Shown here: positions 1-8,717 of the stretch, piece by piece
Position numbering within the stretch: the first letter of the stretch is position 1
How the letters are laid out: each line of letters starts with the position of its first letter
From: Aestuariibacter sp.
Lineage (GTDB): Bacteria > Pseudomonadota > Gammaproteobacteria > Enterobacterales > Alteromonadaceae
Assembly (NCBI GenBank): GCA_017794925.1
Contig: CP051238.1
Span: forward strand, 4,120,185 to 4,184,184
Reading direction: 5' to 3'
Length of the DNA stretch: 64,000 nucleotides
The notes under the pieces: generated by a model
Database searches by the model: none
Told to the model about the DNA's origin: nothing
What the model saw: the letters and a program-made list of their open reading frames with translations, nothing else
Made by a program: the position numbers and the translations under genes

Positions 1-252
1 AGAATTGAACAGATGTGCTTTTTGCCAAACATTAGACATGGTGTCTTGAACGAGCTCCATGGCAAGTGCTTCATTACCAAGTTGTTTCAATGCGTAAGAA
101 CGCAAACGAGGGGCAAAGTAACCAAAAATACGCGCAAACGACGCCTTGCATCGCGTTTCAGCGACCTTAACGAGATATTGCGACATTTCTACCGCACACT
201 CTTTAGGTTCTAATGCGCTATTTTCATGTTCCAATGGAATTCCAACTAGCAT
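1..252 (-). CDS. ECF RNA polymerase sigma factor, ChrR-associated type (ECF11/RpoE2-like); N-terminal part, runs off the window start
   Basis: Manual translation from ATG at 252: MLVGIPLEHENSALEPKECAVEMSQYLVKVAETRCKASFARIFGYFAPRLRSYALKQLGNEALAMELVQDTMSNVWQKAHLFNS..., open to base 1. This is sigma region 2. RBS-like ACAGGAAC upstream. Lon-N/cfa/DUF1365 neighbourhood. Not in the ORF track. Confidence 0.85.
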   Translation of the reverse strand, partial: MLVGIPLEHENSALEPKECAVEMSQYLVKVAETRCKASFARIFGYFAPRLRSYALKQLGNEALAMELVQDTMSNVWQKAHLFNS

Positions 253-284
253 AGTTCCTGTCCGTAATTCTCGATTATATAATG

Positions 285-312
285 TTTACAGACAAAACTG
301 ACAAAAGGATCA
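285..312 (-). promoter_or_regulatory. ECF11-type promoter upstream of the sigma gene (autoregulatory)
   Basis: Minus strand TGATCC(312-307)-N16-TGTAAA(290-285). Confidence 0.7.
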
Positions 313-319
313 TTTTATT

Positions 320-895
320 TTAGCGCACCAACTCACTAATGTAACTTAACACTTTGTCGCAATTTTTCTCCCCTAGAAACGCTTGCTTGTTAGCAGCGTC
401 CACTGGGAGCAGCTCCAGCCATCGATAGATTACCCACATTGGGTCTGAAAATTTTAGCTCAGGATACAACCGCGCAATCTCGGGGTATTTATCATAAATC
501 AGCTCAAGCTTGTCTCTTAGAGGGGATATCTTTTCATCTTCTACAACACACGCCCAATCATGAAGATCTTTACATTCGCCAACTCTGAGGCCATCGCTCT
601 CAGTACTTATGTCACTGACACTTACACAACATACTCCTTCGACGTTAATGCCAAGCAATCCGTCTTCAAGTAGGTCAAAGTCCACAATTTTACACAGCGT
701 CCCGATAGGAAAAATGTGCTGATTTGCTTCCTGACTCCCCCGGGAGTTCAACATACACAGCACGAAATACCCGTTACCCGCGCATGCTTCTTTCACCATG
801 CGAACGTAACGGGGTTCGAAAATGCGCAGCGCCATGTGCCCGCCAGGCAACAAGTGAGCAGATAATGGAAACAATGGAATGTTGTGGTAATGCAT
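320..895 (-). CDS. Lon protease N-terminal (substrate-binding) domain-only protein
   Basis: IPLFPLSAHLLPGGHMALRIFEPRYVRMV and IGTLCKIVDF motifs; 191 aa; no AAA+ or protease domain. Confidence 0.85.
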   Translation of the reverse strand: MHYHNIPLFPLSAHLLPGGHMALRIFEPRYVRMVKEACAGNGYFVLCMLNSRGSQEANQHIFPIGTLCKIVDFDLLEDGLLGINVEGVCCVSVSDISTESDGLRVGECKDLHDWACVVEDEKISPLRDKLELIYDKYPEIARLYPELKFSDPMWVIYRWLELLPVDAANKQAFLGEKNCDKVLSYISELVR

Positions 896-926
896 AAGCC
901 TTACATTCGTTAATTAATCGAATATC

Positions 927-954
927 ATTACGCGAGTTTAAGCAGTTTGGATCT
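927..954 (-). promoter_or_regulatory. ECF11-type promoter upstream of the Lon-N gene
   Basis: Minus strand AGATCC(954-949)-N16-CGTAAT(932-927). Confidence 0.65.
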
Positions 955-1010
955 GCTTATTATTGAAAATGCTTACACTTGATTCGAATTATTTAACATG
1001 CGATAAAAAG

Positions 1011-1038
1011 TGATCTGTTACTGTTTATCGTCTGTATT
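1011..1038 (+). promoter_or_regulatory. ECF11-type promoter upstream of the SnoaL-SDR-cfa operon
   Basis: TGATCT(1011-1016)-N16-TGTATT(1033-1038), 28 nt before the ATG at 1067. Confidence 0.6.
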
Positions 1039-1066
1039 TATGGCAAACAATTCAAGTGATTAAGTC

Positions 1067-1498
1067 ATGTCATTTCAAACACGCTTCACTCAGTTTTATG
1101 CCGATCTCGCCAGCGTCGATATAGATGAACTCGATACTGTGTATCATAAAGATGTTACGTTCAAAGACCCGATTGCATCTCACTCGGGCATCGATAGCGT
1201 AAAGCGGTACTTCTCTCATTTGCTTGACGCCACTAAGCACTGCAAGTTTGATATCCACAACTTCACAGAAAACCAGGGTGATAACGCACCTTATGATGCG
1301 GTCGTGGAGTGGACTATGCATTTAACCCTGAACAATCAGTCTTCAAGCATAGCCGTAGACGGAGTGTCACTACTGAAACTGGAAAATGACCTCGTGATTT
1401 ACCACAGAGACTACTACGACATGGGCGAAATGGTCTACGAACATATACCCGTTCTCAAACAAGCCATTCGATATATTAAGAAGCGACTGACACGATGA
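1067..1498 (+). CDS. SnoaL-like / NTF2-fold protein
   Basis: YHKDVTFKDPI...GIDSVKRYF, EWTMHL, GVSLLK...HRDYYDMGEMVYEHIPVL pattern. Confidence 0.85.
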   Translation: MSFQTRFTQFYADLASVDIDELDTVYHKDVTFKDPIASHSGIDSVKRYFSHLLDATKHCKFDIHNFTENQGDNAPYDAVVEWTMHLTLNNQSSSIAVDGVSLLKLENDLVIYHRDYYDMGEMVYEHIPVLKQAIRYIKKRLTR

Positions 1499-2208
1499 AA
1501 ACGATTCTGGTTACCGGTGCGACATCAGGAATTGGCAGAGCTTTCACACTGCATGCTGCCAGTGTGGGATACAATGTCATTGCATGCGGCAGAAATGAAA
1601 CCGCCTTGACCGAACTTAGCAGTAATAAAAATATTTCAACGTTAAAGTTTGACGTCACCGACCTCGACGAAACCAAACATAACCTTTCCGAAATCAGCTT
1701 TGATATCGCCGTATTAAACGCAGGAACCTGTGAATACGTGGACTTGCCCGACTTTTCTCCCGCTATGTTCAAGCGTGTGTTCGAAGTCAACTTTTTCGGC
1801 ATAGTCAACTGTATTCACGCGTTACTACCCTCCTGCGGAAAAGGAGCACAGTTAGTCATCATAGACTCCATGGCGAGGCTGCTTCCTTTCACTCGCAGTG
1901 AAGCCTACGGAGCCAGTAAAGCCGCGGTTCATTATTTGTCGCAAAGCCTGAGCGTAGACTTGCAAGCAAAAGGCGTTATTTTGCAAAGCGTATCGCCCGG
2001 GTTCGTCGAAACTCCGTTAACCGACAAAAACGATTTCGAAATGCCAATGAAAATAACGGCAAAAGAAGCCGCGGAGACTATGCTTAAACGGATCGAAGCG
2101 AAACAACGAACAATCTACTTTCCCGACACCTTTGGCTGGATTTTACGTATTCTCAGTCATTTACCACAGCGCGTTAAACGCTGGCTGTCTTCCAAATTAC
2201 AACAATAA
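1495..2208 (+). CDS. Short-chain dehydrogenase/reductase
   Basis: TGATSGIG Rossmann motif, NAG, catalytic YGASK; ATGA overlap with the upstream gene. Confidence 0.92.
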   Translation: MKTILVTGATSGIGRAFTLHAASVGYNVIACGRNETALTELSSNKNISTLKFDVTDLDETKHNLSEISFDIAVLNAGTCEYVDLPDFSPAMFKRVFEVNFFGIVNCIHALLPSCGKGAQLVIIDSMARLLPFTRSEAYGASKAAVHYLSQSLSVDLQAKGVILQSVSPGFVETPLTDKNDFEMPMKITAKEAAETMLKRIEAKQRTIYFPDTFGWILRILSHLPQRVKRWLSSKLQQ

Positions 2209-2220
2209 CGGCATTATATT

Positions 2221-3483
2221 ATGGCTAAACGCATCGCAATTATTGGTACCGGCATTTCAGGCCTGACTTGCGCTTATCTTCTCAATCGCCAGCACGACAT
2301 TACTGTATTCGAGGCAAATGACTATATTGGTGGCCATACCGCGACCAAAGATGTGTCAGTTAATAACAAGGATTACGCCATCGACACAGGCTTCATCGTC
2401 TTCAATGACTGGACATACCCGAATTTTATAAAGCTGATGACCCGACTTGGTGTTGATTATCAGGAAACCGAAATGAGTTTCTCAGTCCATCACGAAAAAA
2501 CCAATATTGAATACAACGGTCACGATCTGAATACCCTCTTCGCACAACGTCGCAATCTGCTGCGTCCGCGCTTTTGGCGGATTGTGCGCGACATTGTTAG
2601 TTTCAACAAAACGTGTAAAGCGGTCATTGAAAATAACGAGCCGGTTGAAGGCATTACCCTCGCCGATTTTATTTCGAAGCATGGCTTTAGTGACAGTTTC
2701 AGTGAACATTACATTTATCCGATGTGCGCGGCCATCTGGTCAGCTAGTCTTGAGCAAACCAAGGCATTTCCCCTTGCCTTCTTTTTAAAGTTTTTTAATA
2801 ACCATGGTTTGTTGAACATCACTGACAGACCGCAGTGGTTCACGATCAAAGGGGGCTCAAGAGAATACATAAAGCCACTCACAGCAACGTTTGCAGACAA
2901 AATCAAGCTAAACTGCCCGGTAACCAAAGTACGTCGGACAGAAAAAGGGATTGAAGTGACCAGCCAGCAAGGTGACATCACCGTGGTGGATGATGTGGTA
3001 TTTGCCTGTCACAGTGATCAGGCACTACGTATGCTTGAATCGCCGACAGATGAACAAAAAGCAGTGCTTGGTGCCATTCCTTATGCCGATAACGATGTTG
3101 TGCTACACACAGATACAGAGCAGCTCCCGAAACGAAAACTAGCCTGGGCAAGCTGGAATTACCGGTTAAATGGAACAGCAGAGGAGCAAGCCAGGCCCGC
3201 AGCTGTGACATATAACATGAATATCCTGCAACGATTGACGACACCAACGACCTTTTGTGTCAGTTTAAACTCCCCGAAAATCGACCAGGAACAGGTATTG
3301 GGACAATACCGCTACGCGCACCCACAATTCAGCGAGACCATGGTCGCCGCACAAAATAAACGTCAAAGCATCTGTGGTGTTGATAACATGCACTTCTGCG
3401 GCGCATACTGGTACAACGGATTTCATGAAGACGGCGTACGGTCGGCACTAGACGTTTGTAAGCGATTTGGAGAAGAGCTGTAA
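2221..3483 (+). CDS. FAD-dependent oxidoreductase (COG2907-like; UfaD-like fatty acyl desaturase candidate)
   Basis: GTGISG dinucleotide motif, DTGFIVFN...YPNF, GAYWYNGFHEDGV. Confidence 0.88.
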   Translation: MAKRIAIIGTGISGLTCAYLLNRQHDITVFEANDYIGGHTATKDVSVNNKDYAIDTGFIVFNDWTYPNFIKLMTRLGVDYQETEMSFSVHHEKTNIEYNGHDLNTLFAQRRNLLRPRFWRIVRDIVSFNKTCKAVIENNEPVEGITLADFISKHGFSDSFSEHYIYPMCAAIWSASLEQTKAFPLAFFLKFFNNHGLLNITDRPQWFTIKGGSREYIKPLTATFADKIKLNCPVTKVRRTEKGIEVTSQQGDITVVDDVVFACHSDQALRMLESPTDEQKAVLGAIPYADNDVVLHTDTEQLPKRKLAWASWNYRLNGTAEEQARPAAVTYNMNILQRLTTPTTFCVSLNSPKIDQEQVLGQYRYAHPQFSETMVAAQNKRQSICGVDNMHFCGAYWYNGFHEDGVRSALDVCKRFGEEL

Positions 3484-4220
3484 TGGAAAGCGCCTTATAT
3501 ACCGGTAAGGTATTTCACCAACGCTTCAGACCCACCAAGCATGCCTTTACCTATGGCATTGCAATGATGTGGCTACAGTTGGACGAGGCTAATCAACTCA
3601 CTCATACCGTAAAAGGGTTTTCAAACTGCCATCGAGCTGCCTTTGAGTTCCGGCGCAGTGACTATTTAGGCGACCCAGCCGTCCCCCTTAAGCAAGCAGT
3701 TCTTGCCCGTATGAATGAACTGAACAACGACAATAATGAGCTGAGCGGTGACGTTTTTCTGTTGGGGCAGGCCCGGCACTTTGGATTGTATTTCAGTCCG
3801 GTAAATTTTTACTTTTTACGCAATAAACACTCTGGTGTGTTTACCCATCTTCTCGCTGAAGTGAGCAATACCCCCTGGAATGAGCGACATCACTATCTGG
3901 TCGATTTGGCTGTCCAGGCTGACACTGAAAAAGTCTTTCATGTCTCTCCATTTAACCCCATCGACATGATTTACCGCTGGCATGTGCAACAACCTGCCGA
4001 CACCTTTTCAGTGGGATTAAGTTGCTACAAAGGCAACAAACATTTCACCGCCATGATGCATTTAGTGCATCAACCATTGAACTCAAAGTCGATTATGAAC
4101 GTAATCAAAGCTATACCTAATATGACACTTAGAACTGTCGTCGGAATCTACTGGCAAGCAATTAAGTTATGGATAAAACGCACACCAGTATATTCGCATC
4201 CGATAAATAGTCAGGAATAA
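3483..4220 (+). CDS. DUF1365 family protein (UfaO-like)
   Basis: HQRFRPTKHAF, FSPVNFY, AEVSNTPWNERHHY, KVFHVSPF, IYWQAIKLWIK. Confidence 0.9.
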   Translation: MESALYTGKVFHQRFRPTKHAFTYGIAMMWLQLDEANQLTHTVKGFSNCHRAAFEFRRSDYLGDPAVPLKQAVLARMNELNNDNNELSGDVFLLGQARHFGLYFSPVNFYFLRNKHSGVFTHLLAEVSNTPWNERHHYLVDLAVQADTEKVFHVSPFNPIDMIYRWHVQQPADTFSVGLSCYKGNKHFTAMMHLVHQPLNSKSIMNVIKAIPNMTLRTVVGIYWQAIKLWIKRTPVYSHPINSQE

Positions 4221-4223
4221 ACC

Positions 4224-5477
4224 ATGGCCAACACTGAATCAGCTATTTACCCTACCCTCACTTTTTCTTCGTTTGATAAGACGTGTCGTCAGATTTTTAT
4301 TTCCGTGATGCAGACACTGCCTGAAGGCTACCTGGTCATTAAAGAAAATGACACTGTCGTTGCACAGTGTGGCAACGTCGACAGTGACTTACATGCAGAA
4401 GTCAATATCCACTCGCCAAAGACGTACAAAAAACTGCTGTTTGGCGGTAGCGTTGCGTCAGGCGAAACCTATACCGATGGGATGTGGAGTAGCCCTGAGT
4501 TGACCAACGTGATCCGCTTGTTTGCCAGAAACCTGCCGACCCTTGACCGTTGGGAGTCTCGCTTTAGCTGGCTAACCTTCCCCCTCGATAAAATTATGCA
4601 CTTAAAGCGCCGTAATACCCCTGACCAGGCTAAAAAGAATATCGCTGCGCATTATGATTTGGGGAACACGCTTTACACACATTTTTTAGACGAGAGTATG
4701 ATGTACTCATCGGCAATTTACCCTGATCCCAATGTGTCGTTGGCGGATGCCCAACAGCACAAACTCAAAACAATCTGCGATAAATTACAATTAGACGAGA
4801 GCGATCACCTTGTCGAGATTGGCACAGGATGGGGCGGACTTGCGGTCTTCGCCGCCAAACACTACGGCTGCAAAGTGACTACCACCACTATATCGGAAGA
4901 ACAGTACGCCTACGCCACCGAATGGGTGAAAAAAGAGGGGCTTGAAGCACAGGTGACGCTCCTCAAGAAAGACTACAGGTTGTTGGAAGGCAAGTTCTCC
5001 AAACTAGTTTCGATAGAAATGATTGAGGCGGTTGGAAAACCGTACTTAAATCAATTTTTTACCAAGTGCGCCAGCTTGCTCAAACCAAACGGTTTGATGT
5101 TGTTACAATCAATTATTATTGACGACCGCCGCTATGACTCTTATCAAAAAGGCGTGGACTTCATTCAAAAACATATCTTTCCAGGGGGGTTCCTGCCCTC
5201 ACAGCTCACCCTGAATGATCATATTAAGCGCGCTAGCGATCTGTCTATCCGGGATTTACACGACATCGGGTTGGATTATGCTACTACGCTTAGAGACTGG
5301 TTCAACGCGTTTAGCGAAGCGAAACCCGCCTTAGCGAAACATGGCTACGATGAACGCTTTGCTCGTATGTGGGAGTACTACCTGAAGTATTGTGAAGGGG
5401 GGTTTCTGGAGCGCACAATCAGTACCGTTCAATTGGTTTTGAGCAAACCTCGATTTGAAGCAAAAATGGCCCGATAA
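4224..5477 (+). CDS. cfa: Cyclopropane-fatty-acyl-phospholipid synthase family SAM methyltransferase (CfaS/UfaM-like)
   Basis: NIAAHYDLGN, MMYSSAIY, EIGTGWGG, SIEMIEAVG, IFPGGFLP, MWEYYL..CEGGF. Confidence 0.92.
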   Translation: MANTESAIYPTLTFSSFDKTCRQIFISVMQTLPEGYLVIKENDTVVAQCGNVDSDLHAEVNIHSPKTYKKLLFGGSVASGETYTDGMWSSPELTNVIRLFARNLPTLDRWESRFSWLTFPLDKIMHLKRRNTPDQAKKNIAAHYDLGNTLYTHFLDESMMYSSAIYPDPNVSLADAQQHKLKTICDKLQLDESDHLVEIGTGWGGLAVFAAKHYGCKVTTTTISEEQYAYATEWVKKEGLEAQVTLLKKDYRLLEGKFSKLVSIEMIEAVGKPYLNQFFTKCASLLKPNGLMLLQSIIIDDRRYDSYQKGVDFIQKHIFPGGFLPSQLTLNDHIKRASDLSIRDLHDIGLDYATTLRDWFNAFSEAKPALAKHGYDERFARMWEYYLKYCEGGFLERTISTVQLVLSKPRFEAKMAR

Positions 5478-5492
5478 CGGGCCATTTTTTTT
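5462..5492. terminator. Probable bidirectional rho-independent terminator between cfa and pomB
   Basis: AAAAATGGCCCG-ATAA-CGGGCCATTTTT followed by more T; convergent genes. Confidence 0.8.
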
Positions 5493-5498
5493 AAGATA

Positions 5499-6443
5499 TT
5501 AGCCTGCAGTGGGCTGTTCCAGCACAGAAATCGGTTTGGAGCGAATGGGTTCACCTTGATTAATGTTAATTTCCACACGCCGATTTCGCGCTCGCTCTTC
5601 GGCAGTGGTCGGTTGCTCAACCAGTGGTAATGTGGACGCTTTACCTACTACCGACATTCTGGACTCATCAAACCCTGTTGCTAAACGCATTTCCTCTGCC
5701 ACCGCGACAGCGCGTTGTGCAGACAAGTCCCAGTTAGAGCGATACAACTCATTGGAAATTTGCTGGCTGTCACTGTGACCAGACACCTCTATTTGACCCG
5801 GCATGTCTGCCAGAATCTCGCCTATTTGGCGAATGATCGGCTTAAACTGCGGCTGGAGGAAAGCCGAGCCCGCTGAAAAAGAGCCATTTTCGCGTATACG
5901 AATAGTGATTTGTTGTCCTAGTGACTCCATTTCTATAGAGCCATCAAGTATTTGTTTTTGCAGTTGCTGAGCCACTTTCTTCATCATCTCAGCCACCTGT
6001 TCCTGATTGGCAGCTTGCTGAGTAGACGCAGACTGATCGGTCGATGTTTGTTGTGACTGGCCGCCGCGTTGGGTACCGCGTTGCTTTTGTCGGCCACCCG
6101 CAGAGTCTTCATCACCCGCCTGGAATTCAAGCATCTGCTGTGTCATATCAATGGTTTGCTGCTGAATGGTATCAATAGGCGTAGGGTCCGGTCGTCCGGG
6201 TCTGAATTCCATGGCAATGACACTGGTGCCCTTTGGAATATCTTTCACTTCTATTTTGTTCTGCACACCAAAAGCAAACTTCATGGAGCCGGCGATTTGC
6301 TTAAACTTCAGCACATCCATTTCCGAGAATGCCAGCAACAACACGAAAAAGCACATCAACAGTGACATCAGGTCCGCAAAGGTCCCCATCCACGCGGGGA
6401 GACCTTCGGGGGGGCATTTTGGGCATTCTTCTTCCTGAGCCAT
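5499..6443 (-). CDS. pomB: Na+-driven flagellar stator protein PomB
   Basis: CPKCPPEGLPAWMGTFADLMSLLMCFFVLL TM with the critical Asp; OmpA-like C-terminus (SNWDLSAQRA, NRRVEI). Confidence 0.93.
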   Translation of the reverse strand: MAQEEECPKCPPEGLPAWMGTFADLMSLLMCFFVLLLAFSEMDVLKFKQIAGSMKFAFGVQNKIEVKDIPKGTSVIAMEFRPGRPDPTPIDTIQQQTIDMTQQMLEFQAGDEDSAGGRQKQRGTQRGGQSQQTSTDQSASTQQAANQEQVAEMMKKVAQQLQKQILDGSIEMESLGQQITIRIRENGSFSAGSAFLQPQFKPIIRQIGEILADMPGQIEVSGHSDSQQISNELYRSNWDLSAQRAVAVAEEMRLATGFDESRMSVVGKASTLPLVEQPTTAEERARNRRVEININQGEPIRSKPISVLEQPTAG

Positions 6444-6448
6444 CGCTG

Positions 6449-7213
6449 CTACTCTTCTTCTGCACCGGCACCGCGTTTACTCGCTGCCAGATAGTTCTTC
6501 AGAATACCTTCAATTACCCGCGGGTTTTGACCGTCTGCAATACCCACTATGCCATCAAGAATAAGAGATTGGTTGAGTTTTTCTTCGCCCAAACGATTTG
6601 ATAGCTTAGCGGCAATTGGCAAACAAATAACGTTAGCCAAAAACGCACCATACAGTGTTGTTAACAATGCAACCGCCATGGCGGGACCAATGGCTTTCGG
6701 GTCATCCATGTTTGATAGCATGGCAACCAAGCCAATCAGCGTACCGATCATCCCCATGGCAGGCGCAATATCTCCCAGACCTTTAAATATAGACACACCA
6801 AATTCATGCCGTTCAGTGGTCATAGATATGTCTTTCGCCAGTGTTTCTCGCACCACATCAATGTCGTGTCCATCCACCAGCATATCAACGCCTTTTTGCA
6901 TAAACGGGTTCACAATTTCCGCTTCTTCCAGTGCAAGGAATCCGCCCTTGCGCGCAGCATCGGCCATTTCAACCACTTTTTCGATCAGCTCTTCCGGCGT
7001 ATCAATTTTGAACATAAATGCTTTTGCTGCAATTTTACCTGCGCCAAAGAATTGCCCAAGCGTAAACTGAGACATAACAACGAATAAGCTACCGCAGAAT
7101 ACGATAAGTACTGACGGGACATCCACAAACATGCTGAGGTCGCCCCCAAGGATCATGGCCATCACAATAAAGCCAATTCCACCTAACATGCCGATTAAGG
7201 TTGCTAAATCCAC
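6449..7213 (-). CDS. pomA: Na+-driven flagellar stator protein PomA
   Basis: MDLATLIG, ARKGGFLALEE, PAMGMIGTLIGLV, VALLTTLYGA. Confidence 0.95.
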   Translation of the reverse strand: MDLATLIGMLGGIGFIVMAMILGGDLSMFVDVPSVLIVFCGSLFVVMSQFTLGQFFGAGKIAAKAFMFKIDTPEELIEKVVEMADAARKGGFLALEEAEIVNPFMQKGVDMLVDGHDIDVVRETLAKDISMTTERHEFGVSIFKGLGDIAPAMGMIGTLIGLVAMLSNMDDPKAIGPAMAVALLTTLYGAFLANVICLPIAAKLSNRLGEEKLNQSLILDGIVGIADGQNPRVIEGILKNYLAASKRGAGAEEE

Positions 7214-7353
7214 TTGTATCCCTCAATTCATTTATTGTGTTTGATGCGTTCTGATATGTGTAACTATAGCTGCTAATTTTTGCAGCAGCATGTCGGAGCC
7301 TCTTAAATGTTAATCCAACAACATCAACGCTATCTGATTGGTTTTCAGTCATT

Positions 7354-7361
7354 CTATCGGC
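7354..7361 (-). promoter_or_regulatory. Possible sigma-28 -10 element for pomAB
   Basis: GCCGATAG on the minus strand (7/8 match to GCCGATAA); the -35 match is poor. Confidence 0.35.
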
Positions 7362-7542
7362 AGATAAAAAATTTTCTACACCGGAAATTGCTTGTTTGCG
7401 CAATCAGCCGCTTTTTATTTTCGCCATGCATTTAGTTTGCACCCTATAACGGGAAAATATTCCGGGCGTGACTGCAAACTATTTGACCCGTCTGCGCCCC
7501 TCGGTTAATGTGCCCCTTTTATCAGGTCATAGAGAGATAACC

Positions 7543-7791
7543 GTGAGCGACAAAGCCTCCGATACGTCCCCGACATTTGAACAAACCCTGACTGAGCTTG
7601 AACAAATCGTCAACGAAATGGAACGTGGCGACTTGCCTCTGCACGACGCACTAAAAAAATTCGAACGCGGTGTGGAATTGTCGCGTCTTAGTCAGCAAGC
7701 ACTGACCGAAGCAGAACAAAAAGTAAAAATACTCACCGAACAAGGTAACGGTTCAGCACTTCAGGATTTTACCCCTGACGACGAGCTTTAA
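7543..7791 (+). CDS. xseB: Exodeoxyribonuclease VII small subunit
   Basis: TFEQTLTELEQIVNEMERGDLPLHDALKKFERGVELSR; GTG start at 7543 preferred over the track start at 7468. Confidence 0.95.
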   Translation: MSDKASDTSPTFEQTLTELEQIVNEMERGDLPLHDALKKFERGVELSRLSQQALTEAEQKVKILTEQGNGSALQDFTPDDEL

Positions 7792-7792
7792 T

Positions 7793-8683
7793 ATGTCCCT
7801 GCAATCCATTCAACAAACGGTTCGTCAGCAAGTAGACGATACGTTAACCAGTCTCATTAATGCACTCCCCGATCATGCATCAGAACTAAAAGCGGCCATG
7901 CATTATGCGCTCACCGTCGGTGGCAAACGTATGCGCCCGCTACTCGTGCATTTGACCGGTAACATGTTGGATTTGCCGAAAGCTGATCAACTCACCATCA
8001 GCATGGCAATTGAGTGTATTCATGCCTATTCACTGGTTCACGACGATCTCCCCGCCATGGACGACGATGACCTCCGCCGGGGTCAGCCAACCTGTCACAT
8101 TAAGTTTAACGAAGCCACCGCGATCCTGGCCGGAGACGCATTACAAACACTGGCTTTTAGTATCCTGGCTGAACAACCGCTTAGTAACTTTGGTGACAGC
8201 CAGCGGGCAAAACTGATTGCCAGCCTGGCAAAAGCATCAGGTTATCTTGGCATGTGTGGTGGACAGGCCATCGACCTGGCTTCGACGGGTAACCAGATAA
8301 CCGTTGATCAGTTAAAGCAACTTCATCGTTTAAAGACTGGCGCATTACTCACAGCGTGTGTCGATATAACCTGCATAGCTAGCGAAACAATCAGTCAAGA
8401 CAGTCATGCATTGTTGTGTCGCTACGCCGAGCTAATCGGCCTGGCTTTTCAGGTACAGGACGACATTCTTGATTTAACTGCGAGTACCGAAACACTGGGT
8501 AAACCCAGTGGTTCTGACGTCGCATTGGGCAAAAATACGTTTCCTTCATTACTCGGTTTAGACGCTGCCCGACAAGAATTGGCAAAATTGCACCATCAGG
8601 CGCTTCAAGCCTTGGACGGTTTGCCCTACAATACGGACTACTTAGTGGCGTTTACCGACTTAATGGTTAATCGCGACCATTAA
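7793..8683 (+). CDS. ispA: Farnesyl diphosphate synthase
   Basis: [34 protein letters not shown]. Confidence 0.96.
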   Translation: MSLQSIQQTVRQQVDDTLTSLINALPDHASELKAAMHYALTVGGKRMRPLLVHLTGNMLDLPKADQLTISMAIECIHAYSLVHDDLPAMDDDDLRRGQPTCHIKFNEATAILAGDALQTLAFSILAEQPLSNFGDSQRAKLIASLAKASGYLGMCGGQAIDLASTGNQITVDQLKQLHRLKTGALLTACVDITCIASETISQDSHALLCRYAELIGLAFQVQDDILDLTASTETLGKPSGSDVALGKNTFPSLLGLDAARQELAKLHHQALQALDGLPYNTDYLVAFTDLMVNRDH

Positions 8684-8717
8684 TTCGCCAGACAGATACA
8701 GTATAAATATAACCAGA

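Noticed and set aside
13-213. Track ORF of 66 aa on the plus strand
   Set aside because: Antisense shadow of the ECF sigma factor on the minus strand
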